NCBI GenBank assembly: GCA_963845755.1
Contig: CAWJTV010000011.1
Location: 96,001-160,000 of the forward strand
Direction: 5' to 3'
DNA length: 64,000 nt
From: an uncultured Planctomycetota bacterium
GTDB lineage: Bacteria; Planctomycetota; Planctomycetia; Isosphaerales; Isosphaeraceae
Shown: in pieces, positions 33,316-45,887 of the stretch
Numbering within the stretch: position 1 is the stretch's first letter
Layout: the number at the start of each line of letters is the position of its first letter
Made by a program: the position numbers and the translations under genes
Notes under the pieces: model-generated
Seen by the model: only the letters and a program-made list of their open reading frames with translations
Database searches by the model: none
What the model was told of the DNA's origin: nothing

Positions 33316-34185
33316 ATGGGATCGCTCCATCATCCCGTTCTTGTCGATGAGGTCGTGGGCTGGCTGGCGCCCCGCGATGGGGCGATCCTCGTCGAACGGG
33401 ACGGTCGGCGGCGGCGGCCATGCCGCGGCGCTTTCGCGTCGGGTTGGGTCGAGCGGGCGGGTCATCGGGCTGGATCGGGATCCAGCAATGTTGGCCCTGG
33501 CTGGTGAGGCGGTCCACGAGTTGCCGGTGACCCTCGTTCACGCGCCCTACCGCGAGCTGCCCAGGGTCGTCGAAGAACTGGGGATCGACCGGGTTCAGGG
33601 GGTGCTTTTGGACTTGGGCCTTTCGTCGGATCAGCTCGCCTGGGAGGACCGGGGTTTCAGCTTCGTCGCCGACGGGCCGCTCGACATGCGGTTCGACCCG
33701 CACTCGGGAGGCCCGACGGCCGCCGATCTGCTCAATCGCCTTTCGGCCGAGAACCTGGCAAACCTGTTCTACGAATTCGGGGAGGAACGATTCAGCCGGC
33801 GGATCGCGCCCGGATCGTGGAGGCGAGGCAGGGGGGCGCGATCCGCACCACCGGCCAACTGGCGGACCTGGTCCGCCGAAGCGTACCAGGTCGGAACCGG
33901 CATGGGCCGATCGACCCATCGACTCGCGTCTTCCAGGCGCTTCGGATCGCGGTCAACGACGAGCTCGATCAGCTCGACGCCGCGCTGAAAGCCATACCCG
34001 ATGTCCTGGCTGCGGGTGGACGGGCCGCGATCATCAGCTTCCACTCTCTGGAAGACCGACGCGTCAAGTGGGCGTTCAAGACGGATCCCAGGCTGACCGT
34101 GCTGACCAAGAAACCCGTGACCGCGACGGTCCAGGAAGTGACCGTCAACCCCCAAGCGCGTCAGCGCCAAACTAAGGGTGGCTGA
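33316..34185 (+). CDS. rsmH: 16S rRNA m4C1402 methyltransferase RsmH (frameshifted)
   Basis: [69 protein letters not shown]. Confidence 0.92.
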
Positions 34186-34188
34186 GCG

Positions 34189-37109
34189 ATGTCCGAATTG
34201 ATCTCGAATCCGACGTTGGTGCCCGAGCCGGAGGCCGTGGACTCCGTGCATCTCCCCGCGGATACCGGCCCGGCCGAGTCGGCACCCACCAAAGTCGTCG
34301 TCCGTTACCGTGCCAATGCCGATTCCTCGGATTCCCGCGACACTCTCGAGGAGCAGGCGGATCCCAACGGACCCGAGATCCCTTCGGCGCCGGATCGCGA
34401 TTTCGGCGCACACCGGCGTCGAGCGCGTGCCCTGGCCCGCGTTCTGGCCAGCAGCCTCGGCACCATCACGAAGGCCGGGATCCACGGAGCCCTTCGCTAT
34501 CCCCGATCAACAGCCGTGGCGGCCCTCTCCCTGCTGATCCTCGGCGCCATCCTTCGCACACAGCCCGACAAGCCAACGCCGAAGGCACAGATTGACCAAA
34601 GACCGTCGGCCATCTCGTCCGCCGAAAAAAAGGGGACTGGGGAGAATAATGAGCCGGCGTCGAATGTAAGGCCGATCGTGGACAACGACGTTCCTTTGAA
34701 CACGGATACCGGGAAGAACCCGGCGAAGGAAAACGGTCAGCCGCCGGCCTCACCCCCGAATTCGGCCTCCAGTCCACTGCCGCCCCTCCCGGTTGATGCG
34801 GTGGCTCAAGGACAAACCCAGCCTCCCGAGAATCCAGGAACCGAAAACGGACCCGTGGCCGGAAACGCGGTACCCGCCCCGCGCCTCCACACCTGGCCGA
34901 GCAGGGCGACGCCACCATTTTGACCCCCGCGCTTCCGGACTCGGCCCCCGCACCGTCACCTTCGAGCGCATCATCTCCGACCCCGACAGAGTCCGCGCCG
35001 CACCCCGGCACGACGAATTCAACCGTCTCGAAGTCGGGGCCGGAGTCGCCGGCGCCCGCCCCATCATCCGACGAAACGCTCCCGACCTCCCTGGCAGAAT
35101 TGCCGTCCGCTCCGTCGTCTCCCGTTTCACCGCCGAATCTGACGACCCATCCACCAGCCGATCCAATACTACCTCCCGTCGGAGAGGACCTCACCCTGAC
35201 GAGCGGGGAGAAGAGTGTGGGTTCACCGTCGAGTCCCTCAACCTCATCTGGGACCGTCGATAAGCCGTCTGACCCCGCCAAAGGATCGGCCGCGAGTCCC
35301 AGTCCAGGTCCCGTTGTGCCCAAGACCGCTGCATCGAAACCCGAGGAAACGAAGACGGAAACCATCCAGAAACCATCAGAGTCCCAGGGCTCGATCGCAG
35401 AACGGCCAACGACCCAGCCCGATTCACCCAAGTCGAACGTCCCGGTCTCCCAACCGCCCACACCGAAGCCTGACCAACCCACAGACCCCTCGACATCCGG
35501 ACCCGAGATTCCAGGATCCGCGCCACCCCAGCCACAGGTTCCCCCTCCCGCACCCGGACAATCCGGGCCTGGCGAGACCACAGGTCCCGAACTCCCCAAG
35601 GTCGAGGCCCCCGCGACGACGCCCGAGACATCCAATACCGGACCGATCACACCTCCTGCGACGGCCACGGTTCAGGACCTGAAGCCAGAGTCCGGGCCGG
35701 CCAGCCCCGATACCAAACTCGAGCCCGCCGGCCCGCTGCCTCCCCAGACAATTCCCCAACCGGAGGGCCCTAAACCTCAGATCGCGCCTGGGGCCGAGAC
35801 GGTGCAGCCTGGCACCCTGAAGGTGGAAGACTTGACGCCTGTCACGACGGCGATGCCACCTCGACCGCAGGGGACGGTGGACGAGCCAAAGGCCCGCGCA
35901 CCGGAGGCGGCGAGCTCCCCATTGAAGGTTGGGGAGGCCCCGAATCAATCCGGCATTTCAGGCCCGCATCCGGTATCCGAACCACCTGGGCCGAGGAGCC
36001 AGGACATGGCTCCCCGGAACGAGCCTGTTCTGACAAAGCCGGATGAAACCAATCCAGTGACAGCTCGCTCATCAGCCAGTCCGCTCCAGGACGAGTCGGT
36101 TGCAAAGAGGGTGCGGCTCCCCAATACCGGCAAGCTCTCGGCCGCGGGCGCGATAGGGGACCGATTCGATCCGGTCGGAGGGGTCGCCGGCACCGTGGCC
36201 GAGCCAATCCGCGACGCGAGCGCTCATGCCGACAAGGACCTGAGCTTCGATGTCGAATCGCCTCATGAACGCCCAAGCAATCGTACAAGTCCGGGATCGG
36301 ATCAGGCCGAAGATCGCCCGCCACCGCGACCGGCCAGCTCCAAACCGTCCGCCGGTTCCCGGCTGCCAAACGAGCCCCGCGCCGAAGCGGTCTCACCCCG
36401 AGTCGAGGCCGTACCCCACATCGTCGAGCGCGGCGAGAACTTCTGGACGATCTCGCGGTTGTACTACAACAACGGACGCTATTATCGCGCGCTCTGGAAA
36501 GCGAACGACCAGAGAGTCCCCAAGATCGACGAGTTGCCCGTCAATCAAGTGATCGTGATCCCGCCCGTCGAAGATCTCGACCCGGCTTACATCGACCCGC
36601 CGCGCGTTCGATCGGCTCTCGGTGGAATGAACCGGGGAGCGCCTGGTGCGAGGGTCGCGACATCGGCTCCGGTGGCCGGGCGACCCGAGTCGCTCCCGAC
36701 GACGAGGACGGCCCCGTCATCGAGGTTTGCTTCGATCCGTGGCATCCCGACGAGCCGTTCCGATCGGACCGATGCGGTACTCGAGCTACCCATCGGGGAT
36801 ACCGGCTCCCCCCGACGCCGTGGCAGCCGCCAGGTCGGCGACGAGACCCATGACGACGGGACGGAGACGCGCATGACCGCACGGCCCCGCGCCTCTGCCC
36901 CCGTCAGCCGGCCGGTCTACAAGGTGCGCCGTTATGACACCCTGCGCTCGATCGCCCGCGATACCCTCGGAGATCCGCGCCGCGCCGATGAGATCCTCGA
37001 TCTCAATCGCGACATCATCGACGACCCAACTCAACTGATTTCCGGTCAACGCATCGAATTACCGGAAGATGCTGATACCCGTCGCATAACCATCCGAGAT
37101 CGATACTGA
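34189..37109 (+). CDS. Membrane-anchored Pro-rich protein with two LysM domains (frameshift near 34890)
   Basis: TM helix, long P/S/T-rich linker, HIVERGENFWTISRLYY and YKVRRYDTLRSIARDTLGD LysM motifs. Confidence 0.8.
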
Positions 37110-37437
37110 CACACTGCGACGGCTGAACCCAAACCCCCGCGCACCGCGGCGCCGCCTTCAGAATTCGCGCCGATCTCCACCGCGTCATTCGGCACGCCCA
37201 GTTCGATGGCTGCGGCGTCCGCCCATCCAGATTCGGAGCCGACGCTTCCCTCGTGGAAGCGTCAAAGCTCGTCCTCCGTGTGTCAGAATCTTGCATCCCG
37301 CCCCTGCCGCGTTTACTCTCGGGGCTTCCTCCTTGTGCTCTCTCCTTCGTCAGAGCCCCTAAAAAGGGGGCTGGCTTCGAAGACCCGGAGCCAGTCCCCC
37401 TTTCGTTAGCGACTCTTATTCTTCCTCGGATGGTCCC

Positions 37438-39779
37438 ATGTGGTTGCGCACCGTGAGTCTGACGGCGATTGTGATCGTCTTCCTGGGGAGGCTGGACAGC
37501 GCGGTGGTCGGGGCGGAAGAGTTCGGCCCCCCGTTGCCCGGTACGAAACCCTTGACCATGACCGGCGATATCGCCAGTGAGCTGGTGGCGGGTGTCAACC
37601 GGTTCCTCTTGAAACAAATCGATGCGTCGACCGCGAAACGAGCGGCGTACTGGAAGCGGGATTTCACCTCTTCCCAGGCGTATCAAGCCTCGGTCGAGCC
37701 CAACCGCAAGCGGTTGGCCCACATACTGGGAGTTCGCGAACCACGGACGGCTACTCGAAAGGAAGTGGTCGATCCGGCGATTCTGGCGGCGCCTGGCCAG
37801 GGGACCCAAGTGGTGAGCTTGACCTGGCCGGCCTTCGGCGACGTGACCGGCGAGGGATTGCTCGCCGTCCCCAAGGGCCCGTCCACCATCGACCTCAACA
37901 TCATCGTGATCCCCGACGCCGACCAGTCGCCCGAACAGCTCATGGGCGTCGTCCCCGGTGTGCCGCCCGCTTCGCAGGTTGCCCGCAGGTTGGCCGAAAG
38001 CGGCTGCACCGTGGTCGTTCCCGCGCTGATCGATCGAACCGTGGCTCCTCGCAACGGCCGGGCCAAACTCACAAATCGGGAATTCCTCTACCGCTCGGCC
38101 TTCGAGTTAGGTCAACACCTGATCGGCTACGAGGTCCAGAAGGTGCTGGCGCTCGTCGACCTCCTGAGCCGACCCGACACGGCCAACGGCGGCTCCGCGA
38201 GCAAAAAGAAGATCGGCGTCTTCGGCTATGGTGAAGGGGCCGAGATCGCGCTGTTTGCCGCAGCACTCGACCCGAGGATCGACGCCGTCTGTGTCAGCGG
38301 CTACTTCGACGACCGCAACGACGTCTGGCGACAGCCCGTCAACCGCAATGTCTTCGGGCTGCTCGAGCAGTTCGGCGACGCCGAGGTCGCCTCGTTAGTC
38401 GCGCCTCGGCCGTTGATCGTCGAGGCGAGCAGGGGCCCTGAATACCTCATCCCCACAGGGACCGGCGGCGCGCCGGGCGCCTGGTCACTCCGAAGCTTGA
38501 AACCGTCAAGGCCGAGGTTGAACGTGCGCGCCATCTTATCGCGGACCTGAAACCCACTCTTCAGATCGATCTTGTTACGAGCGGATCTGACGGAAACGGT
38601 CCTTTTGGGACTGAAGAGGCGCTTCAGAAACTCCTGGAAGCGTTGAAACCCGGCGCCAACCTCTCCGTTCGCGAAACGCCGTCTGTTCGATTCGACCAGA
38701 TTCCCCTGGGTCACACAAAAAGTCGCCAGGAGCGACAGCTTCATGAACTCGACCGTCATAACCAGCAGCTTCTGGTGGAAAGTCCCGACGTACGCCGTGA
38801 GTTCATGAAGAAGCTCGATACGAGCTCGATCGACGCCTACACGAAATCCGTCGAACCCTACCGGGCTTTCTTCGCGAATGAGGTCATCGGCCGGTTCGAC
38901 CTCGAGCGGATGCCTCCCAACATCCGCTCGCGCCGGATCTATGAGGAGTCGAAGTTCACGGGCTATGAGGTGGTGATGGACGTCTTCCCCGAGGTCATCG
39001 CCTACGGCATCCTGCTCCTCCCCAAGGGGATCAATGCGGGCGAGCGGCGGCCCGTGGTCGTCTGCCAGCATGGCCTGGAGGGGCGGCCGCGCGATATCGC
39101 CGATCCCCAGGTTGATAATCCGGCCTATCACCGTTTCGCCGTCCGTCTGGCTGAAGAAGGTTTCATCACATTTTCGCCTCAGAACCTCTACATCTTTCAG
39201 GACCGATTCCGAACACTCCAGCGCAAAGCCAATCCCTTGAAAAAGACGTTGTTCTCCGTGATCGTGCCCCAGCATCAGCAGATTACCGACTGGCTCAAGA
39301 CGCTGCCGGCCGTCGACCCGGCGCGCATTGCCTTCTACGGGCTCAGCTATGGGGGCAAGTCGGCGATGCGAATCCCGCCGCTGGTCGAGAATTATTGCCT
39401 GTCGATCTGTTCGGCCGATTTCAACGAATGGGTCTGGAAGAACGCCTCGACGCAGAGCCTGTATAGCTACGTCTGGGGCGGCGAATACGAGATCTTCGAG
39501 TTCGACCTGGGAAGCACGTTCAATTACGCCGAGATGGCGGCCTTGATCGCTCCCCGACCGTTCATGGTCGAGCGGGGCCATTTCGACGGCGTCGCGCCCG
39601 ATGAGACGGTCGCATACGAATTCGCCAAAGCGTATCACCTCTATCACGCCCGGCTGGGAATCGGGGATCGCTGCCGGATCGAGTTCTTCGTCGGTCCCCA
39701 CACCATCAACGGGAAGGGCACGTTCGCCTTCCTGCGCGAGCACCTGCGCTGGGCCGAAACGCGCGAGAATCGACAATAA
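37438..39779 (+). CDS. Secreted tandem alpha/beta-hydrolase (dienelactone hydrolase-like), frameshifted
   Basis: VFGYGEGA..AAALDPRI; VCQHGLEG; FYGLSYGGKSAM; LIAPRPFMVERG. Confidence 0.8.
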
Positions 39780-39830
39780 AATCGACATTAATAAACTCCA
39801 GCGACTCCACTTTCCGGAGCTGATCCGCGT

Positions 39831-41728
39831 TCATCCGCCGGCGCCCGCCATGGCCGAGGTCTGCTGGCGATGGGTCTCGGCATAACGGCCACCTCGCGCG
39901 ATCAGGTCGGCGTGAATCCCCTGCTCGACAATCCTCCCGGCTTCGAGGACGACGATCCAATCGGTGCCGCGAACCGAGGCGACTTTGTGCGAAACGATCA
40001 CAAAAGTTCGCCCCGGAAGACTGCGATCGAGAGCCTGCTGGATGCGGGATTCGGTCTCGGAATCCAGGGCGCTGGTGCAGTCGTCCAGGAGCAGGACGGT
40101 TGGCTGGGCCACGACCGCGCGGGCCAAGGCAAGCCGTTGCCGCTGGCCGCCGGAGAGCGAATAGCCTCGCTCGCCGACAGGGGTATCCAGTCCAGCGGCC
40201 AGGGAGGCGACCGTGTCGGCGAAATCGGCGATCCGAAGCGCTTCCCACATGTGGGCGTCCGTCGCCTCGGGATTGGCGTAGAGCAGATTCGTCCGTATCG
40301 TCCCCTCGAAGAGGAGGGCTTGCTGGGGCACCAGCGCCACGGCCCGCCTGAGATCGGCCAGCTTGACCGCGCGAACGTCTCTGCCATCGAAGCAAACCGC
40401 ACCCCAGGGCCTCCCATGGACGTCGATCCCCTCGGGGACATCATAGAGTCGTGGGACCAAGGCCAGGAGAGTCGACTTGCCAGCACCACTGGCGCCCAGG
40501 ACGCCGAGACGCATCCCCGGCTCGATCCGCAGGTCGATATCGACCAGCACCTTGGCGCCCTCGGGCGAGTACGCGAACGAGACACCGCGATACTCGACCA
40601 TCCCGCGCGGGGCGACGATTGAGGCGGCGCCGGGGCGGTCGCGTACCGGCTCCGGCTCATCGAAGATCTCGTAGAGCCGCTCGACCGATACCTGGGTCGC
40701 CAGGGCGGTCGCCTGGAACTGCGTCAGCCGGACGATGGGCTGATAGAGCTGGCCCACCAGCGCATAGATCGCCAGCAACTCACCGACGGTCAGCAGGCCG
40801 CGGCCGACCAAGAGGATGCCGTAAGCGATGACGAACACGGTCCCGAGCCCACTGATCAGGGCCGCCAGCGCCCCCAGGGCCGCCGCGGTGCGCGTGTTGT
40901 CCCAGCTCAAGTCGCGGTGACGGTCAATCCGCTCGTCCAGCTCGTTGAGCTCGTCTTCCTCCTTGGCGTAACTCCGCACCACCCGTACGGCCGAAACGCG
41001 CTCGCTCAAGAGGGCATAGAGCGTGGCAACCTGCGCGCGGATCTCGTCGGAGAGCCGGCGCAAGGTCCCGAAGAAAGCCCTCTGGTTGAGGGCATACAGC
41101 GGGACGGCCACCAGGGCAACCAAAGCGAGACGCCACTGGAGCCAGGCGAGTAAGACCGCGATGGCCATCGACAGGATCAAATCGTTGAGCAACTGCAAGA
41201 TGCCGCTCCGGATGAACATCAGGATGCTGCCAACATCGCTGGTGACTCGGGCCATCAGCCTGCCGGTCTGCTGCGCGTCGAAATAGGCCATCGGGAGTCG
41301 CATCAGCTTGCGATGCAACGCCCCGCGCAACGCAACAACCACCTCCTGGCTAATCCGGCCCATCATGGCGGCGATCCGCCACGCCAGCGCCGCACGCGCC
41401 GCATGCAGGACGATCGTGGCGCCAAAGTCGTCGCGATGGCCCGGATGACCGAGGAGCGAGAAGGTCCAGCCGAAACTGCAGCCTGTCCGGAGAGGACCGT
41501 CGTCGGAGATTCGGAGGATCGCGATTGCCCGACAGCCTGGCAATAGGCCACCAGCCGATCGACCACCCAACCTTGCAAGAGGGGGATCGGCAACAACAAG
41601 ACAGACTGGACCAACAACCCCAGCAGGCCCAGCAAGATCAGTTCGCGATACGGACGAAGGAACTCGGCCTCGAATCGGCGTAGGACCGCGGGCGTCAGGA
41701 GTGGAACCCGATCCTTAGTCGAGGTCAT
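39831..41728 (-). CDS. ABC exporter, fused TM + ATPase (MsbA-like), frameshifted N-terminus
   Basis: GASGAGKST, LSGGQRQRLALARA, LLLDDCTSALD, VSH; ABC membrane domain. Confidence 0.9.
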
Positions 41729-42227
41729 TCGTCCAGAAGCTAGGGGTAAGGGAGCGTCACGATGCGTGACAGAAACCGGGCTCGACAACCAGTCTTCCCC
41801 GCGAGTCAAGCTTCGAGGCTACAATATCGCCCGGAACGGAGGATCCTGGATTCCAACGCGTCTGGCGATCGATCGAGTCGATGGTTAACTCGCGGACGGC
41901 GGCCGAGGATTGCTCAGTATCTGACGAAGGTCTCGCGGCAGGCAAGGGGAAGAGATCGCTCAACCGCGCAGTAAGCCTCTCCGAAAGCCAGGCATACCGG
42001 CTCAGAAAGACAGTGCCTTCGCTGAGACCCTGAGTCTCGCGGTCTGACACCCGCCCGAAAAACACGCACGATTGCATGAATTGAAAGCGTCCCGTCGATT
42101 GCTCTTTCGGGAATACACGTCGCTACCTGGTCAGACCGAGCGGAATTTCTGCGCATTCTTTGAGAAGAGTACTGGACTAAAGATCACTAAATGGAGCCTG
42201 AATAGCGGATTTTGGGGGTCATAAACA

Positions 42228-42345
42228 CCAGCCAAAAATTTTTTTGGAAAATTTACAACTCCTTTCTCATTTGTCATTTACGCAGAAAAATCCCGTAAAA
42301 TTCGGAATAGGTGCATTAACGAAATTCAAAACCTGCGGCATCCTG
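42228..42345 (+). promoter_or_regulatory. Conserved upstream element, copy 2 (morphogenesis cluster)
   Basis: ccagccaaaaatttttttggaaaattt ... taggtgcattaacgaaattcaaaacctgcggcatcctg, homologous to 15970-16087 on the minus strand. Confidence 0.75.
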
Positions 42346-42369
42346 AGAGTATGAGGTGCGAAGAGGAGA

Positions 42370-43058
42370 GTGAAAACAAGAGGGGCCGCAAGGTCTACGA
42401 CGATGGGGATTGAAAACACGCTGACTGGTGACGTCGGGGCATCAACAGACGAAATGGCCGATCTGGATCGAGGCTACGATCCCGTTTACGGGAATGATGC
42501 CCATTGTCGCCAGGGAAAAGGGAATCGCCGCGTGGAGACATTGCCCCGCACCGACCGGACACTGACGCTGGCGGTGGCGGCTAAAGAGTACATCTGGCTG
42601 TACGATCGTCGTCACGGAATGAGTATCAACGAGATTGCGGCTCGTGAAGGGCTGAACGTCGACCGGGTGAGGTATGGTCTGAAGCGGCGCGGGCCATCGA
42701 CAAGAAAACCTCGCGGGATGTGCAGTCCGGGCCCTGGAATCAGGATGCCGACATTGTTCATGCTCCCCGGTTGATTCCGCTGTTTCCGATCGGGCCCTAC
42801 ACGCCGCAGTTGACCTGCCCACACCGCGAGGCGATCGAGCAAGGCTCGGCTCTGTGTTGCATGGTCTGCCACAATTCCGGCATGGACGCACACCCTTCAC
42901 TGCGCCGCGACCCGCAAACAGAACCCGCACCCGAGCCCCAGGACGAGCCCGCCCCCGACCTCACCTTGCGATTCAAGACCGGCGAGTCGCTTGAGACTCG
43001 CAAACAACGGCGGCGGCGGATGTTTGCCCAGCAAGCCGCGACAGCCCCGAGCCGTTAG
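42370..43058 (+). CDS. HTH (sigma70 region-4-like) plus Cys/His-cluster protein, possible regulator (frameshift near 42690)
   Basis: GMSINEIAAREGLNVDRVRYGL HTH; CPH...CCMVCH..G.D.HP in the second frame. Confidence 0.55.
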
Positions 43059-43143
43059 AAATGAGCGCGGGGCCGATCACGTCCTTCCTGATTCCTCCAC
43101 GACTGGCCGCAAGCTCCTTGATCTTCCATCGAGGTATTCGACG

Positions 43144-43590
43144 ATGCCGTTCCAAGCGATTTGGGCCGCGATCCCGAGCCGGCGCACGCTCTTAACCATC
43201 GTGATTTCGAGCCTGCTGGGAGGGGGTCTGGCATTGGGTATCTCGACCTGGTTGGGCTCGCCCATCGGGCCGGTTCCAAGCCCCCGGGCACCGCATGATC
43301 CGCGATTCGTGCGCATCGGCCGGACCTATCTCACCGCTCTCGGCAAGACATACGCCTCGGCCTGGGACGAAGGCGCCAAGGGACTCGATAGCGGCCAGAA
43401 CCTCTCCACCGTGCTCAGTGCCGTCGCCAAGACATGGAGCACGAACCGGACCCAACTCTTTGACCAGATGGTCACTCCAGAATTCGGCAAACTGATCCCG
43501 GAGACGAAGAAAGACACCGACGTCACTCCTCAGGAACGTGCCGCCATGGCCGCGGCCTGGCGGGGATTCGCCCTGGGACTCCAGAAGTAA
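43144..43590 (+). CDS. Hypothetical single-TM protein
   Basis: TM helix then helical domain; GAGG RBS. Confidence 0.6.
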   Translation: MPFQAIWAAIPSRRTLLTIVISSLLGGGLALGISTWLGSPIGPVPSPRAPHDPRFVRIGRTYLTALGKTYASAWDEGAKGLDSGQNLSTVLSAVAKTWSTNRTQLFDQMVTPEFGKLIPETKKDTDVTPQERAAMAAAWRGFALGLQK

Positions 43591-43776
43591 TTAGCGGGGA
43601 GCCGATCGTCGGGGCGATCACGAACGCCAAGGCCTCGACGGCTCTCGACCGTGTCGAATCACCGACGACGAAGTCGTTGATTCGACGCAACCGGAATCCT
43701 AGCACGCCTCGGCCGAGAGGTCGTCGATCGCTCCGCGCAACCGAGTCTTGCCACCAACCAGTCTGCTGAACATCAC

Positions 43777-44693
43777 ATGACCGAGAGTCTAAAAATGCTT
43801 GATGATGCAGCATGTATGCCCCTTTGTGGTTGGAGGGGTAGTGACGCCATCCAACAGGCCTTCGCCTGCCAGTTCCCAACACTGGTGCAATCTGCTCCGC
43901 ACCTGATGGCAGCACCCGCGCCTACGGAGCCGGTCCTCCTTTTCAAGGCTTGGCGGGATGTTCTGGGCAAAGACCCGGCCTACCCCGCACAACAGATCGG
44001 CGACTGCGTCTCATTTGGCCATGGGCACGGGAACGACCTCCTCCAGTGCATCGAGATCGGCCTGGGTGAGCCGCTCGTATTCCAGGAGACCGATACCGAG
44101 TTTATTTACGGAACCTCTCGCGAGGTCGCCGGCATCCTCGGGCGTCAGGACGGCTCCTATGGCTCGGCGGCCGTGAAGGCGATGATGACGATCGGTATGG
44201 TCAGCCGGAAGATGTTGGGCTCGGACGGGACCTACTCCGGCCAGCGAGCCAAGGATTGGGGATGGCACGGAGCGCCGGCCGCCGTGAAGAGTGAGGCCGC
44301 GCCATTCAAACTGGGCAACGCCGCGCTGGTCTCGACGTGGGATGAACTGGTCGCGGCCGTCCAGAACGGATACCCCGTCACGATCTGCACGGGTCAAGGA
44401 TTTACCCTGACCCGCGATCTTGATGGATTCTGCAATGCCAGGGGAAGTTGGGGCCACTGCATGTTCATCGCGGGTGTCCGCTTCGACCGGCCGGGAGCCT
44501 GCATCGTCCAGAGTTGGGGGCCGGAGTGTCCCACGGGTCCGACCGCGCTGGGCCAGCCCAGCTTCTCGTTCTGGGCCGATCGGCCGGTCATCGAGCGCAT
44601 CCTGGGACAGGGCGATTCCTGGCGCTATCGAAGTCGCCCGCATTCGAGAAGCGAGACCTGCCTCCCGCATGGCGCTACCATGACGCCGCTTGA
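43777..44693 (+). CDS. Papain-like (C1-type) cysteine peptidase, frameshift near 44620
   Basis: QQIGDCVSFG (oxyanion Q, catalytic C), WGHCM (His), IVQSWG. Confidence 0.75.
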
Positions 44694-44749
44694 AGCGCCG
44701 CGAGTGGCTCAAGCCTAAATACAGATTTCAAAAATTGAGGATTTACAAT

Positions 44750-44989
44750 ATGTTTACGGCTTTTGTGGCTGCGATCGTGGCCTACCTGGCCAAGAACTGG
44801 CTGACGCTGACCTTGAAGTGTACGCCGTTCGTCGTGCTCCTCGTGTCGGGCTTGGTGCTCTACTTCACCAGTTCGACCGCCACTCGGATCGCGCTGGCCT
44901 GTGCGACGGTATCGGAGTTCGTCGTCGCCGCCATGGCATTCGGAAAGCTGACGTCCATCACGTTGTCGCCATCATCCCCCAAATCCTGA
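44750..44989 (+). CDS. Small multi-TM protein (holin-like)
   Basis: 79 aa, almost wholly hydrophobic, next to the peptidase. Confidence 0.45.
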   Translation: MFTAFVAAIVAYLAKNWLTLTLKCTPFVVLLVSGLVLYFTSSTATRIALACATVSEFVVAAMAFGKLTSITLSPSSPKS

Positions 44990-45054
44990 TCTCGAGTCGC
45001 AGGCACATGGATCACACGGGATTCACCGGACCTTAGCCAGCCGAAACCACGATC

Positions 45055-45579
45055 ATGCACTTCTGCCACGACACCATCTGGAAGGGAGTCACGACGACGT
45101 TCGTGGGCATCGCCGCGACGATCTACGGACTCGCGGGCCGGATCATTCTCGCCGCCACGGCGGTCAAGCCTCTCTACGGGGCGGCGTCCGACGCGATGCC
45201 GATCACAATGTCGGACATCTCGACGCTCGTAGGGTTCATCACGACAATCGGGGGCGGCATCTGGACCTGGTTGTTGCTGCAAAAGGCGAAGGCGACCGAT
45301 GCTCGACGAGAGGAAGCTCGCAAGGACGCCGATGCGGCGCGGGATCGGCGGGTCGATGACCGGATGGCCGATATCCAGCTCATGGTTGCGGAAGGGCTGG
45401 CCAAGATCCAGCTCGAACACGTCAAAGTCCATGCGACGGTGCAGGAGCACACAGCCGCGATCCAGGCGATGACGCATGGAGCCGCGATGACCGAAGTTCC
45501 GGCCGCGAACGTGCGGAAGAGAAGCGGCGGTGTTGCTGGGAATGCGCAAGATTCTCCGAACGAACACCCAGTCCGCTGA
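45055..45579 (+). CDS. Membrane protein with C-terminal coiled coil
   Basis: Two hydrophobic segments then a charged helix (ARREEARKDADAARDRR). Confidence 0.55.
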   Translation: MHFCHDTIWKGVTTTFVGIAATIYGLAGRIILAATAVKPLYGAASDAMPITMSDISTLVGFITTIGGGIWTWLLLQKAKATDARREEARKDADAARDRRVDDRMADIQLMVAEGLAKIQLEHVKVHATVQEHTAAIQAMTHGAAMTEVPAANVRKRSGGVAGNAQDSPNEHPVR

Positions 45580-45887
45580 GGCTGCCAGCCGATCAAGCCG
45601 AGACCACGCCTCACGGAATCGCGAACAGCACGATGCCGCATGTGATCCACCCGGCCATTGCCGCCAGGTCCTGAATCCTTTACTGCGAACAGCCTGGAGA
45701 TCTGGAGATCGGGCATCCGGTCTCGTCTCCGGGAAGGACAACCGGCCCCGTCCACGCTCGACACCGATCAACGCCCGGCGCAGCCTCTGAGGTTCGACAT
45801 CCGGTTCGCTGTCGCCGCCGTCGTGACCATCAACACTCCGTTCACTCCTTATCGCGGGTTCGCCCGTCCCTGGAGATTGTCCTGGCC

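Noticed and set aside
16088..42227. The 26-kb block between the two inverted conserved elements as a transposon or invertible cargo
   Set aside because: No transposase or recombinase is seen and the content is housekeeping-like (rsmH, lhr). The elements are better explained as outward-facing promoters, although a rearrangement is not excluded.
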